Source: a virus
Lineage: Duplodnaviria > Caudoviricetes
Length of the DNA: 30,914 nucleotides
Reading direction: 5' to 3' (one strand)
IMG/VR virus record: IMGVR_UViG_3300008255_000336
Span: 1-30,914 of that record
In this document: one piece after another, positions 10,079 through 19,896 of the stretch
Layout of the letters: each line of letters begins with the position of its first letter
Numbering within the stretch: the first letter of the stretch is position 1
The notes under the pieces: model-generated
Told to the model about the DNA's origin: nothing
Database searches by the model: none
Seen by the model: only the letters and a program-made list of their open reading frames with translations
Made by a program: the position numbers and the translations under genes

Positions 10079-10413
10079 ACCTTTATAGTATCAGGTTTTG
10101 GTTTGTAGACCGCAAGCTGATAGCTAAAAGATCCGCCGAGCTGATGCTTTTCAATAATGCTAGTAATGATGTAATAGTCTGTTGGATCGCTGGCGTTCTC
10201 AATCTTGTAGCCGTCTCTGATATCCATATCTCTAGCATCTTGAAAGTACACGTTAAAGGGAGCGCCAATACTTGCGTCAAAAGGGGCAATCGATGACATT
10301 CCGGCCGGCTCGATGTAACCCTCAATAATATAAGTGTGAGTTGCCTCGATCTTATCTTCTCTGGCCGCATCATCACGGACTCGTCGGTAAACTTTTAGTT
10401 GAGTGCTATACAT
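10075..10413 (-). CDS. Head closure protein
   Basis: Position between adaptor and gp10-like gene; size. Confidence 0.65.
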   Translation of the reverse strand: MYSTQLKVYRRVRDDAAREDKIEATHTYIIEGYIEPAGMSSIAPFDASIGAPFNVYFQDARDMDIRDGYKIENASDPTDYYIITSIIEKHQLGGSFSYQLAVYKPKPDTIKV

Positions 10414-10954
10414 AGTAGATCGTTTGAGCCTCGATAACCTGCTGGATATTGACCGGCAAGTTTTCTTTAATCATGTAGTTGTTTTGCGATGTGCCTCTAG
10501 CCTCTGAGCTAGTTTGTTTACCGTCGGTATTTCTAGCACCGTAGAGCAATAACACCCACTCGATTAAGGCTTGCTTAACGTCAGCCGGTATAGTCTCACC
10601 TTTGAAAACTACTTTATAGTAACCATGCAATGCGTAGGCAAACTTGATAAGTACACCTCTGAGCATATAGTCGGCAGAATCAATGACTGTGTAGGCTTCG
10701 CTACCAAAGTCACTCAAGTAAGATACGCTTGTGATTGATGTAGGTCTAATTGGCAGATCGATAGTGTCTTTACCTTCGATCTCCATTTCTTCGGTGAACT
10801 CAGTATTAGCATTGTCTGAGAATCGACGACCGTTAGTCATTCTCTCAAACATTTTCTCTACTGCACCACATAAGCGAGTTAGCTCTGTTTGTTGAGCCGT
10901 CTCGTAGGTTTTACCGTTGTAGGCCGAGATATCGGTATGAGCTATAAGTGACAT
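10406..10954 (-). CDS. Head-tail adaptor/connector
   Basis: LPIRPTSITSV and IPADVKQALIEWVLLLY motifs; follows capsid. Confidence 0.75.
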   Translation of the reverse strand: MSLIAHTDISAYNGKTYETAQQTELTRLCGAVEKMFERMTNGRRFSDNANTEFTEEMEIEGKDTIDLPIRPTSITSVSYLSDFGSEAYTVIDSADYMLRGVLIKFAYALHGYYKVVFKGETIPADVKQALIEWVLLLYGARNTDGKQTSSEARGTSQNNYMIKENLPVNIQQVIEAQTIYYV

Positions 10955-10970
10955 AGGTTAATAATAACAT

Positions 10971-11001
10971 AAAAAAAGGCCACCCGGTTAGAGTGGCCTT
11001 T
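10971..11001 (-). terminator. Intrinsic terminator after capsid operon
   Basis: Minus strand AAAGGCCAC-loop-GTGGCC followed by T7. Confidence 0.8.
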
Positions 11002-11021
11002 CGATTTCAAGTTAAAAAAAC

Positions 11022-11213
11022 TTATTTAATAGCTTTTGCAATTCCAGCATCAACTAATTTTTTAGCCTCTTTAGTGTTGAAACCTGCAACATCACCTACG
11101 ATGTAGGGAGCGTGAGGTTTAACGAATCTAACGGCGATCAATTTAGCCATCTGCTTAACGGTTTTAGCGCTAGCCTTAGGATCTTGTGGCTTTTGGTCTT
11201 TATTGTTTGACAT
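11022..11213 (-). CDS. Small capsid-adjacent protein
   Basis: VRFVK...GDVAGF...AKKLVDAGIA, typical of small post-capsid phage ORFs; GAAAGGA SD. Confidence 0.65.
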   Translation of the reverse strand: MSNNKDQKPQDPKASAKTVKQMAKLIAVRFVKPHAPYIVGDVAGFNTKEAKKLVDAGIAKAIK

Positions 11214-11240
11214 TGTTAATGTGTCCTTTCGTCTGTTACA

Positions 11241-11266
11241 GGGGGCGATAGGTTTCTACCGCCCCC
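11241..11266. terminator. GC-rich hairpin downstream of major capsid gene
   Basis: GGGGGCGGTAG-AAAC-CTATCGCCCCC on minus; the T-rich tail is on the plus strand only. Confidence 0.5.
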
Positions 11267-11288
11267 CTTATTTTTTACTAACTATTGA

Positions 11289-12392
11289 CTATTTTACCAG
11301 AGTCAAGAATTGAGCGGCCTCGGTCTGAGCGAGTTTACCGTCCCATCGTTTAACTGCTTTCATAGCAGTTTGATGTTTCTTGAAGGTATCACCAGCGACG
11401 TTAGAGGTTTCGACGATCATGCCTGATTTCTCAGCGATCATGTAACCGGCCAAGTCTGTGAACCATAACTCGGATGAGTCAGTACCAGCGCCCAAGTTTT
11501 CAGGGATTGAAGTAGACTCGATGATTGGACGACCAAAGAGTAAACTAACTCCGCCCTCAGTCTTAGGCATATAGAGGATTGGCTGACTGTCAGCATCTTT
11601 TAATTTAGCCAATAAGCGCATTACTGCGTTAGAGGTAATAAAGATACCATTCATACGACGATCTCTTTCGAGACTGTAGTACAAATTGACTACGTCATCG
11701 TAGACAAGGTTAACGCCAGCCATTGCGATACCAGTAATACCGGCAGATCGCAAACCGGAAGGCTGACCAAAACCAGAGCCACCGATAATCATAGTTTCAT
11801 CGTCTTTGCGGAAACCTTTAGCGAATAATTTAGAGAGGAACTCTAAGACCCCAACGCCGGCATCTTCTAGCAATTCCCTAGACATTTCTGTATAGGCAAT
11901 AGCTTTATGCACGTTGTAAGTCACTTGACCGAAAGTTGGAGAGCTACCGGTTGGAGTGGTATTTTCGCCTGGTCTTTCGATGGTTACGCCGTCGCCCTCT
12001 TTAGGCATTTCACCTTGTCCGGAGACAGTAGGTAAGACGGTACAGTACTTACGAAGGTCATTGACGTTTTCTCTCTTTTCCATGACACGAGCTTCAAACT
12101 CGGTAGGAACGAGATAGCCACCGTTGGCGTCTGTACCCTCAGAGAGAGCTTTAGCCTCGATGGTAGCGTGATCGCCAAGAACGAGAGCCTTAAAGAAGGC
12201 TGTTTCTCTTTCAACGCCTTTTAATACTTCTGAGACTTCGGCCTTAGCGTTGGTTGGCACGACATCTTTAGCTTTAGCCTTAGCGTGTTCGACTTCTTTG
12301 TCGAGCTGTTCGGCTACTGCTTTTCTGGCCGCTTCACTTGCGGCATCGGAAACGACGGCTTTCAAGTCGTCGAGAGTGATTTCTTGTGGCAT
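11289..12392 (-). CDS. HK97-fold major capsid protein
   Basis: GGYLVPTEF, MSRELLEDA, GSG..QPSGL, LKDADSQPI, LFGRPI motifs; AAGGAG SD. Confidence 0.95.
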   Translation of the reverse strand: MPQEITLDDLKAVVSDAASEAARKAVAEQLDKEVEHAKAKAKDVVPTNAKAEVSEVLKGVERETAFFKALVLGDHATIEAKALSEGTDANGGYLVPTEFEARVMEKRENVNDLRKYCTVLPTVSGQGEMPKEGDGVTIERPGENTTPTGSSPTFGQVTYNVHKAIAYTEMSRELLEDAGVGVLEFLSKLFAKGFRKDDETMIIGGSGFGQPSGLRSAGITGIAMAGVNLVYDDVVNLYYSLERDRRMNGIFITSNAVMRLLAKLKDADSQPILYMPKTEGGVSLLFGRPIIESTSIPENLGAGTDSSELWFTDLAGYMIAEKSGMIVETSNVAGDTFKKHQTAMKAVKRWDGKLAQTEAAQFLTLVK

Positions 12393-12436
12393 GGTGGTTT
12401 CTCCTTGCGCTATTTTATTACTACTGATTGCCTACT

Positions 12437-13306
12437 TTATTCGGCTTTATCAGTCTTAATCGAGATCTTGGTATCACCCTTTAGATCTCTGAGCGCAAGG
12501 CCGGCAGTCTTAGCGATGATGCGTAGTGACTGCTGGGTGGACTTGGAGCTGTCCTCTGCTTGCTTCTCTGTTGTACCGTCCTCGTCGGACTTAGTACCAG
12601 ATTGAGACTTATCTAACTTTTTATTATCAAGAGCTTTATTTAATTTGTCAAGGCCTTGTGCAATATGTTTGAGTAAACCGATTGCATCTTCTGGGAGATC
12701 TAGGCTTTTAGCTTCGTCGGCGTCTAACGATTTGTATAGACTCTTAAAAGTGTTAGCTGTTAAGGCGTCCTCGTTAGCTGGCAATGTAACTGCGCTGATT
12801 TCGTAGATCTCGATTTCGTCAAAGACGTAACCGTTAGGATCGTTTTCAGTAATAGCAGTACCCCATTTTTTAACACGGAAACCGATACTAAAAGCTCGTT
12901 GATGTTTCTTGACGTATTTTTGGAAAGTTTCCTCTGCTTGACCACCCTCTGCAAACTCAAAGGTAGCCATAGTAAAGTTTTTCTCATCGAGCCAATGTCG
13001 GATACAAGTACCGATAGAGTCCTCGTGTGATTTGTGTTGATGCAATAAAACAGGATTCTTGTCGTAACGACCCCAATCAAAACCCTTAGGATTGATTGTA
13101 TCGCCGTGACTATCCATTTCAGGGGTAGAGACTACGGCGGTAATTTGACGATTCTCAACGTCAATAGCTTTTTCTACCTGTGCCTCATCTGGGATAATGC
13201 CACGAAATAAGATAACCTCTTTATCGCTGAGGTCTTTTAACTCTGGTCGAGATTCAATAATCTTGAGGATTGGTTCAATAGATCGGATCTTGATTACTTG
13301 TGGCAT
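12437..13306 (-). CDS. HK97-family prohead protease
   Basis: DSHGDTI, NPVLLHQH, FSIGF, EISAVTLPANEDA motifs. Confidence 0.92.
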   Translation of the reverse strand: MPQVIKIRSIEPILKIIESRPELKDLSDKEVILFRGIIPDEAQVEKAIDVENRQITAVVSTPEMDSHGDTINPKGFDWGRYDKNPVLLHQHKSHEDSIGTCIRHWLDEKNFTMATFEFAEGGQAEETFQKYVKKHQRAFSIGFRVKKWGTAITENDPNGYVFDEIEIYEISAVTLPANEDALTANTFKSLYKSLDADEAKSLDLPEDAIGLLKHIAQGLDKLNKALDNKKLDKSQSGTKSDEDGTTEKQAEDSSKSTQQSLRIIAKTAGLALRDLKGDTKISIKTDKAE

Positions 13307-13334
13307 ACTAACAATATATCATCTTTTTTATTTG

Positions 13335-13958
13335 TTACGCAACTTCCGGTATAACTACGCACCTACAACGAGGGTGTCTTGGTGGTGCATCATGGCCGCT
13401 CTGGAAGCTCTTACCTAATGGAATTACACCCTGCTGTTGATTATCATAGCACCCTTGCGAAACTTTATCATCATTCGCAGTCCACCACTTTTTACCCTTT
13501 ACTACTCCCGACTCCCTGTAGCTCATCATTTCGGCCTGTGAGTAAACCTGAGCAATTTCGTTGTGAGCTATCAGTTTAGATCGAACTTTGCCAAACATAG
13601 TAAATTGATCGTTAATCTCTCTAGCAGTTTCCGGTACACCCTTACCATTTTCTACTGCCTGATCGATTATTCTTTTAATCGTTGATCTTGTAGTTTCGTC
13701 AATCTGAGTTACTTCTGAGGCGGTGTACTTATCTAGTACTGTTCTTATTTTAGGGTTGAGTAGGTCGAGATCGATACCCATTTGTAGAGTAGTCTCTGCC
13801 TCATTCTTGCCAGCGTTAAAGAAGTTAGGAACTGAAACACTAACAAGAGTCTCAAGTTTTTTGACCTGTTCTTCCCAATCACTATCGCCAAAAATGGCAT
13901 TGTAAAGATCGTCCTCAAGGCCTTTGCTCGTTGGAATGTTAGAGAGTTTACTAGCCAC
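13335..13958 (-). CDS. Head morphogenesis protein (SPP1 gp7 / Mu gpF family); frame stays open upstream into the portal 3' end
   Basis: IDETTR, RSKLIAHNE, KKWW, PPRHPRCRC motifs. The track start is a GTG with no evident SD. Confidence 0.85.
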   Translation of the reverse strand: MASKLSNIPTSKGLEDDLYNAIFGDSDWEEQVKKLETLVSVSVPNFFNAGKNEAETTLQMGIDLDLLNPKIRTVLDKYTASEVTQIDETTRSTIKRIIDQAVENGKGVPETAREINDQFTMFGKVRSKLIAHNEIAQVYSQAEMMSYRESGVVKGKKWWTANDDKVSQGCYDNQQQGVIPLGKSFQSGHDAPPRHPRCRCVVIPEVA

Positions 13959-14061
13959 TAGACTAGCTTGTTGATTAAAGTAATTTTCAAAGTCTGAGGT
14001 ATAGACTAGAGTTTGATTGTCAAGGTAGGTGAGGAATCGTTCTCGTTTTTTTGTTGCTTGG

Positions 14062-15342
14062 TTAGCTTCTTTTTTTTTCGTCGTCTGACTTTTCCTTAGT
14101 ACCGGAAACTTTGATCGTGGCTCTGGTAGCGCTCTTAGCTTTGACTGTGTCGTTAGGCATAAAGCCCATAGGTAGATAGGTTTGATCTCCGTTTTGTAGA
14201 TCTGGTAGGTCTAACTCTCCTCTGGCTTCGTTTGGAGTCATAATACCGCCACCTACATATCTAGTAAGTCTATCGACCCTAGCCGCTTCATCGGCTGGGA
14301 TCTGTTCTCTGTACATAAATACTAGATTGCGTTGATTTTTGAATTGTGGGAGTAAGTACTTGTTGATCGCATCGACGAAGTCTTGTTGCATCGGATCAAC
14401 GGTATATTTAGCAAACACGTACTCGCTAGCCTCTGCGTTTGCTCTGTTCACATCTTCGACGATACCGACGATATGTTTAGGTACACCGAAGCCGGCCAAG
14501 ATAGCGTCACGAGTGCCTTTGTCTAACTCTGGGAAGCCCATATCATTATGAGAGCTTGCCATCTGGCTAAACTTCAAACCACCATAGAGGATCGCTGTTT
14601 TATTTTGATTGCCCTTACCTAAGTGCTTAGTATCCCAATCGTTACGTAGTTTATTGTATTGCTCAGGGGTTAAGTTTTTGTCAGTACTCAAAACACCGGA
14701 TAGGATAGCGCCGTTGTAGAAAAAGTCTTTATTAAAGTCTTTACTAAACTCACTAATCTCAATGTCTTTAGCTACCGCATAAGCTGAGGCGTAACCACTA
14801 GCGATAGGATCTACCGGGTCGATGTCTCTTAGATAAATAACCTCGTCAAGATCGAGAGGGATATCTTTACCGTTGTCGTCTCTGAAAGTGTAACCCATGA
14901 TTGGCTCGAGTGGGTCTTGCTGTTTAATTGCTCTGACTCTGTGAGGCATAAGTGGCAATAAGCCAATAGGGTAGCCCGATCTGTCTTTGATAATAAAGAT
15001 AGGGGCAGTACCAGCGACCTTCAAGAAAATAGCAATCGTTTTAAGTAATTGCCTGTAGGTCATTGAGTTGTTAGGGTTGCGGAGTACTCCGATCTCTGGC
15101 GATCCTGAGTGTGTTAGATCTTCGATGATGTCGCCCTTAGAGCTACGCATCTTTAACTCGAGATCGATCTTACTAAAAGCCTTAGCGATACGATCAGAGG
15201 CTATGTACATCCAACCGGCGTAAGCCTCGAGAAACTCTACTTTTTTGCGAGTTGGTGCTGACTTTAACTGATTCCAAAGTGCCGGATTGTTAAAATCGAT
15301 GGTAGTATCTTTTTGAAAAAATGGCTCTAAAAACTTCCACAT
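14062..15342 (-). CDS. HK97-family portal protein (start reassigned to ATG 15342)
   Basis: LRNPN..MT, FFYNGA..SGVL, ILYGGLKF, FGVPKHIVG, MTPNEAR motifs; TGcTATTAT lies 6 nt before ATG 15342, and this start removes the overlap with TerL. Confidence 0.93.
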   Translation of the reverse strand: MWKFLEPFFQKDTTIDFNNPALWNQLKSAPTRKKVEFLEAYAGWMYIASDRIAKAFSKIDLELKMRSSKGDIIEDLTHSGSPEIGVLRNPNNSMTYRQLLKTIAIFLKVAGTAPIFIIKDRSGYPIGLLPLMPHRVRAIKQQDPLEPIMGYTFRDDNGKDIPLDLDEVIYLRDIDPVDPIASGYASAYAVAKDIEISEFSKDFNKDFFYNGAILSGVLSTDKNLTPEQYNKLRNDWDTKHLGKGNQNKTAILYGGLKFSQMASSHNDMGFPELDKGTRDAILAGFGVPKHIVGIVEDVNRANAEASEYVFAKYTVDPMQQDFVDAINKYLLPQFKNQRNLVFMYREQIPADEAARVDRLTRYVGGGIMTPNEARGELDLPDLQNGDQTYLPMGFMPNDTVKAKSATRATIKVSGTKEKSDDEKKRS

Positions 15343-15361
15343 AGTTAAATAATAGCATAAA

Positions 15362-16909
15362 CTAGACCCAATCGACACCAACGTCTGTAAAGCGCTCTTT
15401 AGCTATAAAGGCGTAAACTAACGCTAGCATTAAGTGGTCTGGTTTGCCATTTCTCACGAAAGTAATTGTTTTATCTTTGTCGTCTTTTGCCTCTTTGACC
15501 ACACGGATTAAGTTTTTCATGTGTTCTCTAAAATGAGTGTCTTGTATTATTTCACGTGGGAAAGTTATCTCTGCGATCCTAATTGAGTGGAAGGCTCTAT
15601 CGATCCATAGTGAGCGATTGCGGTTAAGGATGTTGTACTCGCCGTCGTCTGATTCTTGCTCGTTATCCTTTTCAGTAAAGTAACAAATTGACCCTCTGGC
15701 CGGCAACGCTGTACATATCTCGATTGACATACGTGTCTCTGGTAGTGCATCGATCACAAAAGAGAAAACGCCATACTCTTTAAACTTCCTAATTACTTCG
15801 GCCGGATCTTTAGCCCTACCCCAATCGATCACCTTACCGTCTTTATCAATGATTACCCAATCCAAGAAACTACCGACATCAACACCACCGAATAGAGTAC
15901 CGGAGTATTCGCCTCGCTCTCTGTCTTTTTGGGTTGCTTTATTGAGATCGTCGTCGGTAAGTTTTCCGCCTTTTGGTGTGTAAGCTAGGCCAAGTTTCAT
16001 ATTGTAGAAAACCTGCATATCGTACTCACCTCGGCATCTCTTAAACGCTTCGATCATCTCTTGAGGTGTAACCGTAGGACTGTAGAGCTGATTGAGTGTG
16101 TAGCCTAAACGCTTTGACTTTTTGTGGTGAATCCAACGGCCACGAGCTAAGCGATCCATAGGCGCACCGCAGTACTTACAAAAGACCCCTCGCTCTGGGT
16201 CGTTGATATCGATGTTTTTATCCCAATGTAGAGACTGCTCTTTACCGCAAGCATCACACTTGAGATAGTATTCGGCCATCGTTGAATCATTGTAGAGAGC
16301 ATCAATACCAATGTCCGGAAAAGTAGGGTTACTCAGGTATTTAAAATACTTTTGAGAGAAACCGCTAGCACGTTCTTTAACCAATGAGACGATATCGGGA
16401 TTGTCGTACTTATCGACTTCGTCGAGTACTTGCCAGTTGGCCGGCATTTCGACAAGTTTAGTATCTGACTTTGCACCACGAAAATAAATCACTTTGCCAT
16501 TGCCGAAACGCTTTAGACCCATGTTATCGACTTTAGCTTGATCGCTATTACTAAACGCCGGACTATCTTCGATGATTGGATTGAGACGAGCGTTAGTAAA
16601 ATCGTAGACCTGACCCTCAGTAGGAAAAATGTAGATAGCGTTACCGATTAGTAGGGGATTCTTGATAAACCAGAGAGTAGTATTGATGCCGTAAGTAGTA
16701 AATGCTAACTGCGCCGCTTTTTTAACCACGATATCCGGATGATGAGCCATGTTGTAAAGCTCGACCATAAAAGGGTACTTATCTAGGGTAAATGGTTGAT
16801 TGAATAAAGTTATATTCTCAGTAGACCACCACCCGGGATTAAGTACCTCAAGATGTCTCGTCGTTAGTGGTTGTAGGTTCTTTGTCTGAGTTTTCATCGT
16901 CTGAATCAT
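15362..16909 (-). CDS. terL: Terminase large subunit, lambda GpA-like
   Basis: VVKKAAQLAFT Walker A variant, VLDEVD Walker B, SNPT, two CxxC pairs, GGVDVG and PDHL nuclease motifs. Confidence 0.9.
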   Translation of the reverse strand: MIQTMKTQTKNLQPLTTRHLEVLNPGWWSTENITLFNQPFTLDKYPFMVELYNMAHHPDIVVKKAAQLAFTTYGINTTLWFIKNPLLIGNAIYIFPTEGQVYDFTNARLNPIIEDSPAFSNSDQAKVDNMGLKRFGNGKVIYFRGAKSDTKLVEMPANWQVLDEVDKYDNPDIVSLVKERASGFSQKYFKYLSNPTFPDIGIDALYNDSTMAEYYLKCDACGKEQSLHWDKNIDINDPERGVFCKYCGAPMDRLARGRWIHHKKSKRLGYTLNQLYSPTVTPQEMIEAFKRCRGEYDMQVFYNMKLGLAYTPKGGKLTDDDLNKATQKDRERGEYSGTLFGGVDVGSFLDWVIIDKDGKVIDWGRAKDPAEVIRKFKEYGVFSFVIDALPETRMSIEICTALPARGSICYFTEKDNEQESDDGEYNILNRNRSLWIDRAFHSIRIAEITFPREIIQDTHFREHMKNLIRVVKEAKDDKDKTITFVRNGKPDHLMLALVYAFIAKERFTDVGVDWV

Positions 16910-17342
16910 TATAGTCTAAACCTTCGACATCTTCTGCAAAAGTAATTTGAGTGTCGAATAATCCTCGCTCCTCAAACTCTTTACGCAACATCGCTTTAGC
17001 TTTAGCTGGATCACCGCCTGACTCTCGTTTGATTCGATCAAGTGTGCCGTCCTCGTTAATAATTCTCTGGATGGCTTTACCTTCGGTACGATCCATAACT
17101 CGCTCGATTGCTGTATTACTGCCGGCTAGCGCTTTGATTAAGTCATTGATAACGATTGCCTCTTTTAAACTGACTCCCTCTTTGATCGGGTTCTCATCGA
17201 TGTACTTAGAGACATCTTTGTTAAGGTGTCGTTTGTAAAGCATCTCAAAAGTCTCACCGTATGTCGGCGCACCTTTAGCATTACCCGATTGGCCTTTTTT
17301 CCATTTCTTGAGGTGGCGGTTTTGTGGTCGTATTTTTTTCAC
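16848..17342 (-). CDS. terS: Terminase small subunit (DUF5681-like N-terminus)
   Basis: WKKGQSGNAKGAP, AIERVMDRTEGK; immediately upstream of TerL. Confidence 0.8.
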   Translation of the reverse strand: MKKIRPQNRHLKKWKKGQSGNAKGAPTYGETFEMLYKRHLNKDVSKYIDENPIKEGVSLKEAIVINDLIKALAGSNTAIERVMDRTEGKAIQRIINEDGTLDRIKRESGGDPAKAKAMLRKEFEERGLFDTQITFAEDVEGLDYNDSDDENSDKEPTTTNDETS

Positions 17343-17371
17343 ACTGTTAATACCCTATAAAAATATCGTTG

Positions 17372-17392
17372 TTTGATAATCAGTATAGCAAA
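17372..17392 (-). promoter_or_regulatory. Extended -10 promoter upstream of terS
   Basis: TGcTATACT at 17382-17390 on minus. Confidence 0.5.
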
Positions 17393-17464
17393 AGAAACCA
17401 CTAACTGCTAAGTAGTGGGTATAGGGATTACGTTACCTATAGTTAGTTTTCACGTGGTAATTGT

Positions 17465-17980
17465 TTAGAAAACGTCGAAAGATCTATCGTAGTTAGATTG
17501 AATGAGATCGACCGGTATTGCTTTGACTGTGGACTCGTTACCGTAGAATGTTTTATCTTCACACTTTAAAACCTGTGCATGAGTCACAAAACCTATGTAA
17601 TTGTACGTAGGGAACTTTCCAACCATGAAGGCGTAAAAATCGGTCGCTTTAGATTGCCCCATTTTCGACTTTTTAACGAATAGTTGAGGGTGTAATACCT
17701 CTGTATTCTTGACGTCGATTGTCTTTTTACCCCTCGTTACCACGTCGGGGCTTCCGACCCTAACCGCTATACTGAGATCGGGATAGTAATTAAACAACTT
17801 ACAAAATGCTATCTCTGCGCCGAAGCCGTCCGTATCTATGTCTAACTGTGAGCGACCGGCATAGGGTGTATTCTTAGCACCTTTATTTCTATTGTTGCTC
17901 GTTATTCGCTTTGCTAAAAAAACGGCCAAGCGTTGCTCGGCCTCGTTTAGTTTAACTGTCTTTTTTTTGTTTACCGTCAT
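17465..17980 (-). CDS. PD-(D/E)XK-fold putative nuclease
   Basis: GAEIAF...PDVV...IDVK motif spacing. Confidence 0.55.
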   Translation of the reverse strand: MTVNKKKTVKLNEAEQRLAVFLAKRITSNNRNKGAKNTPYAGRSQLDIDTDGFGAEIAFCKLFNYYPDLSIAVRVGSPDVVTRGKKTIDVKNTEVLHPQLFVKKSKMGQSKATDFYAFMVGKFPTYNYIGFVTHAQVLKCEDKTFYGNESTVKAIPVDLIQSNYDRSFDVF

Positions 17981-18173
17981 AACCCCTTAGATAATTGTAG
18001 GGTAGGCGAACGCTCACCGATGCGATCCAAGTAAATAGTAACGCTAACCAGTTATGAGTAGTCAGCCAAACCCCAATAGCTCCTACTAAAAACATTACAA
18101 AATTAAATACGCTTAGACCTTTACTGATAGAGACGTATTGCTCGATTGTTAGTTTAGTTAATTTTTTGCTCAT
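17952..18173 (-). CDS. Small two-TM membrane protein
   Basis: Two hydrophobic segments. Confidence 0.55.
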   Translation of the reverse strand: MSKKLTKLTIEQYVSISKGLSVFNFVMFLVGAIGVWLTTHNWLALLFTWIASVSVRLPYNYLRGYDGKQKKDS

Positions 18174-18777
18174 GGCTTCCTTTCAGCATTGCGTCGAATA
18201 CCCAACGGCCAATATCAGGATATACGCAGTTTCTTAGTACCTGACGCTTATTTTTAATTTCTTTATAGCTCGCAATTTTAAGACCGTGTAACTGTTCTAA
18301 CTCTGATATTTTGAATAAGTCTCGATGATTTTTAAACTTTACCTCGAGTGGTGGTATCTCAAAATTAGACCAAAAGTTATGACGCTTAATAAAAGCGTTA
18401 GGCTCAATCAATGGTTTGTAGTATGGTTTGACGTTCTCAACCACCCATAGACCGTTAAAGTTATGTTTTAAGAAAATGATCTCTTGATAGAGTTTCATGT
18501 CCGGATAGACTGGCTTAGTACCTCTAAACCTTACGTTGATGTTTTGTCTAAAATTAGAGTGACTCTGACATGGTGGACTCGCCCATATAAAATCAAACTC
18601 GTTAAAATGATCTAGTAGGAATTGGTGAGCATCGCCTACCACTACTTGATCGTTAATAAAATTATCTTGATATGCTTTTGCGATATTCTCGTCGTGTTCA
18701 ACTGCTACAACTTCGTGATCCTCTCCCCAGAGTTTACGATTGCCACCAATACCAGCGTAAAGATTAAGTATTCTCAT
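18154..18777 (-). CDS. C5-cytosine DNA methyltransferase, short phage type
   Basis: LYAGIGG (motif I), SPPCQ (motif IV), ENV (motif VI). Confidence 0.9.
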   Translation of the reverse strand: MRILNLYAGIGGNRKLWGEDHEVVAVEHDENIAKAYQDNFINDQVVVGDAHQFLLDHFNEFDFIWASPPCQSHSNFRQNINVRFRGTKPVYPDMKLYQEIIFLKHNFNGLWVVENVKPYYKPLIEPNAFIKRHNFWSNFEIPPLEVKFKNHRDLFKISELEQLHGLKIASYKEIKNKRQVLRNCVYPDIGRWVFDAMLKGSHEQKIN

Positions 18778-19345
18778 CCTCTAACCTTCCCTCGAGTATG
18801 GCGATATACATAGCTTCGGTTATTACTGTGAAGCCCGGAGATCCTACTTTTTTATTGATAATGTAGCTTTTGGCCGTTTCTAGCGCTCGCTTACGCTCTT
18901 TGTTAATCATGGCCGGTACTCCGTCGTGAGTACATTGTAGATCTTCTCTCTCGTTAAACTCGAATCTGATACCGTAGTCCTTTAGAGTCATGTTTACTGA
19001 ATCGACTATATTTTGCACATCAGTACGATTGACTTTTTGTTTTCGTTTACTCGAGACAAAGTTAGCCTTGAGCATTAAACAAGGTACTCTAGGTACTGCA
19101 CCGTTAGGATGTTCGTCGGCGTGTTGATCGTAGGTTTTACCACACCAAACACAAGGTATTAAATTGAGATCTGGGTCGTCTTGGCCTTCGATCATTGTTT
19201 CTAACTGATACTCTCTAGGGTCGAATATCCTACCGTCTGAAAACTCTACGCCGTAGAGGTAATGACCGAAGTAGTCATCGTGCCAAGTGGCAATCTCCCA
19301 CTTGCCAGTAACCGGGTGTTTGGTTTTTCGTTTATAGGTACTCAT
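18764..19345 (-). CDS. Hypothetical phage protein
   Basis: 193 aa, overlaps both neighbours; CxxC-H cluster. Confidence 0.6.
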   Translation of the reverse strand: MSTYKRKTKHPVTGKWEIATWHDDYFGHYLYGVEFSDGRIFDPREYQLETMIEGQDDPDLNLIPCVWCGKTYDQHADEHPNGAVPRVPCLMLKANFVSSKRKQKVNRTDVQNIVDSVNMTLKDYGIRFEFNEREDLQCTHDGVPAMINKERKRALETAKSYIINKKVGSPGFTVITEAMYIAILEGRLEDENT

Positions 19346-19649
19346 AGGCTTTGATCCCCATGTCTTGATAAAAAGAGGCTTTTGTTTTATCCATAAGCCA
19401 CATATCAGACTTGTTTTTCATATACTTAGTACGCATGATTTCTACACCGAACTCGTTACAGAGATCGATCAACCACTTAGGACGACGATACCCATTTTGA
19501 CAAACTAAAACCGGAGTATGGCCTAGCGAAACAATGCCCTTAATTCCTAGTATAGCCTTTTCCTCGTTAGTCATGGCTCGAGTAGTAATGTTTTGATCGC
19601 TTAACATTGCGCTCTCTATATCGTCGAGTATGTCAATTTCTCTAGGCAT
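19332..19649 (-). CDS. Hypothetical protein
   Basis: Coupled overlaps in the operon. Confidence 0.55.
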   Translation of the reverse strand: MPREIDILDDIESAMLSDQNITTRAMTNEEKAILGIKGIVSLGHTPVLVCQNGYRRPKWLIDLCNEFGVEIMRTKYMKNKSDMWLMDKTKASFYQDMGIKAYEYL

Positions 19650-19896
19650 TTTTAACGCTGTCCTTTTCGATCTCGGCGATTGCTTCCCGAGTTTCTTCTT
19701 TATAATTTGATGCTAGGTAAACTAAGATCGCTTTAACTAATGGCTTGAGATGTTTGTTTTCTCTAGCTACTATCTTGGCAACGTACATACCGCCGGCAAT
19801 ACTGATACCAAAAACACCGTTACCGATGAGAGTGTGTTCTTTGCCGTCTGAGTCTTGTACTTTAATTACTGGCATTTTCAAACTCTCCTCTCTCAC
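19642..19896 (-). CDS. Hypothetical protein (start probably the Met of MPVIK)
   Basis: GAGGAG SD before MPVIK; coupled overlaps. Confidence 0.55.
   Translation of the reverse strand: MREESLKMPVIKVQDSDGKEHTLIGNGVFGISIAGGMYVAKIVARENKHLKPLVKAILVYLASNYKEETREAIAEIEKDSVKNA

Noticed and set aside
11022-11213. Resemblance to the ribosomal protein bL9 N-terminal domain
   Set aside because: Similarity is weak, and such small ORFs are common after capsid genes.
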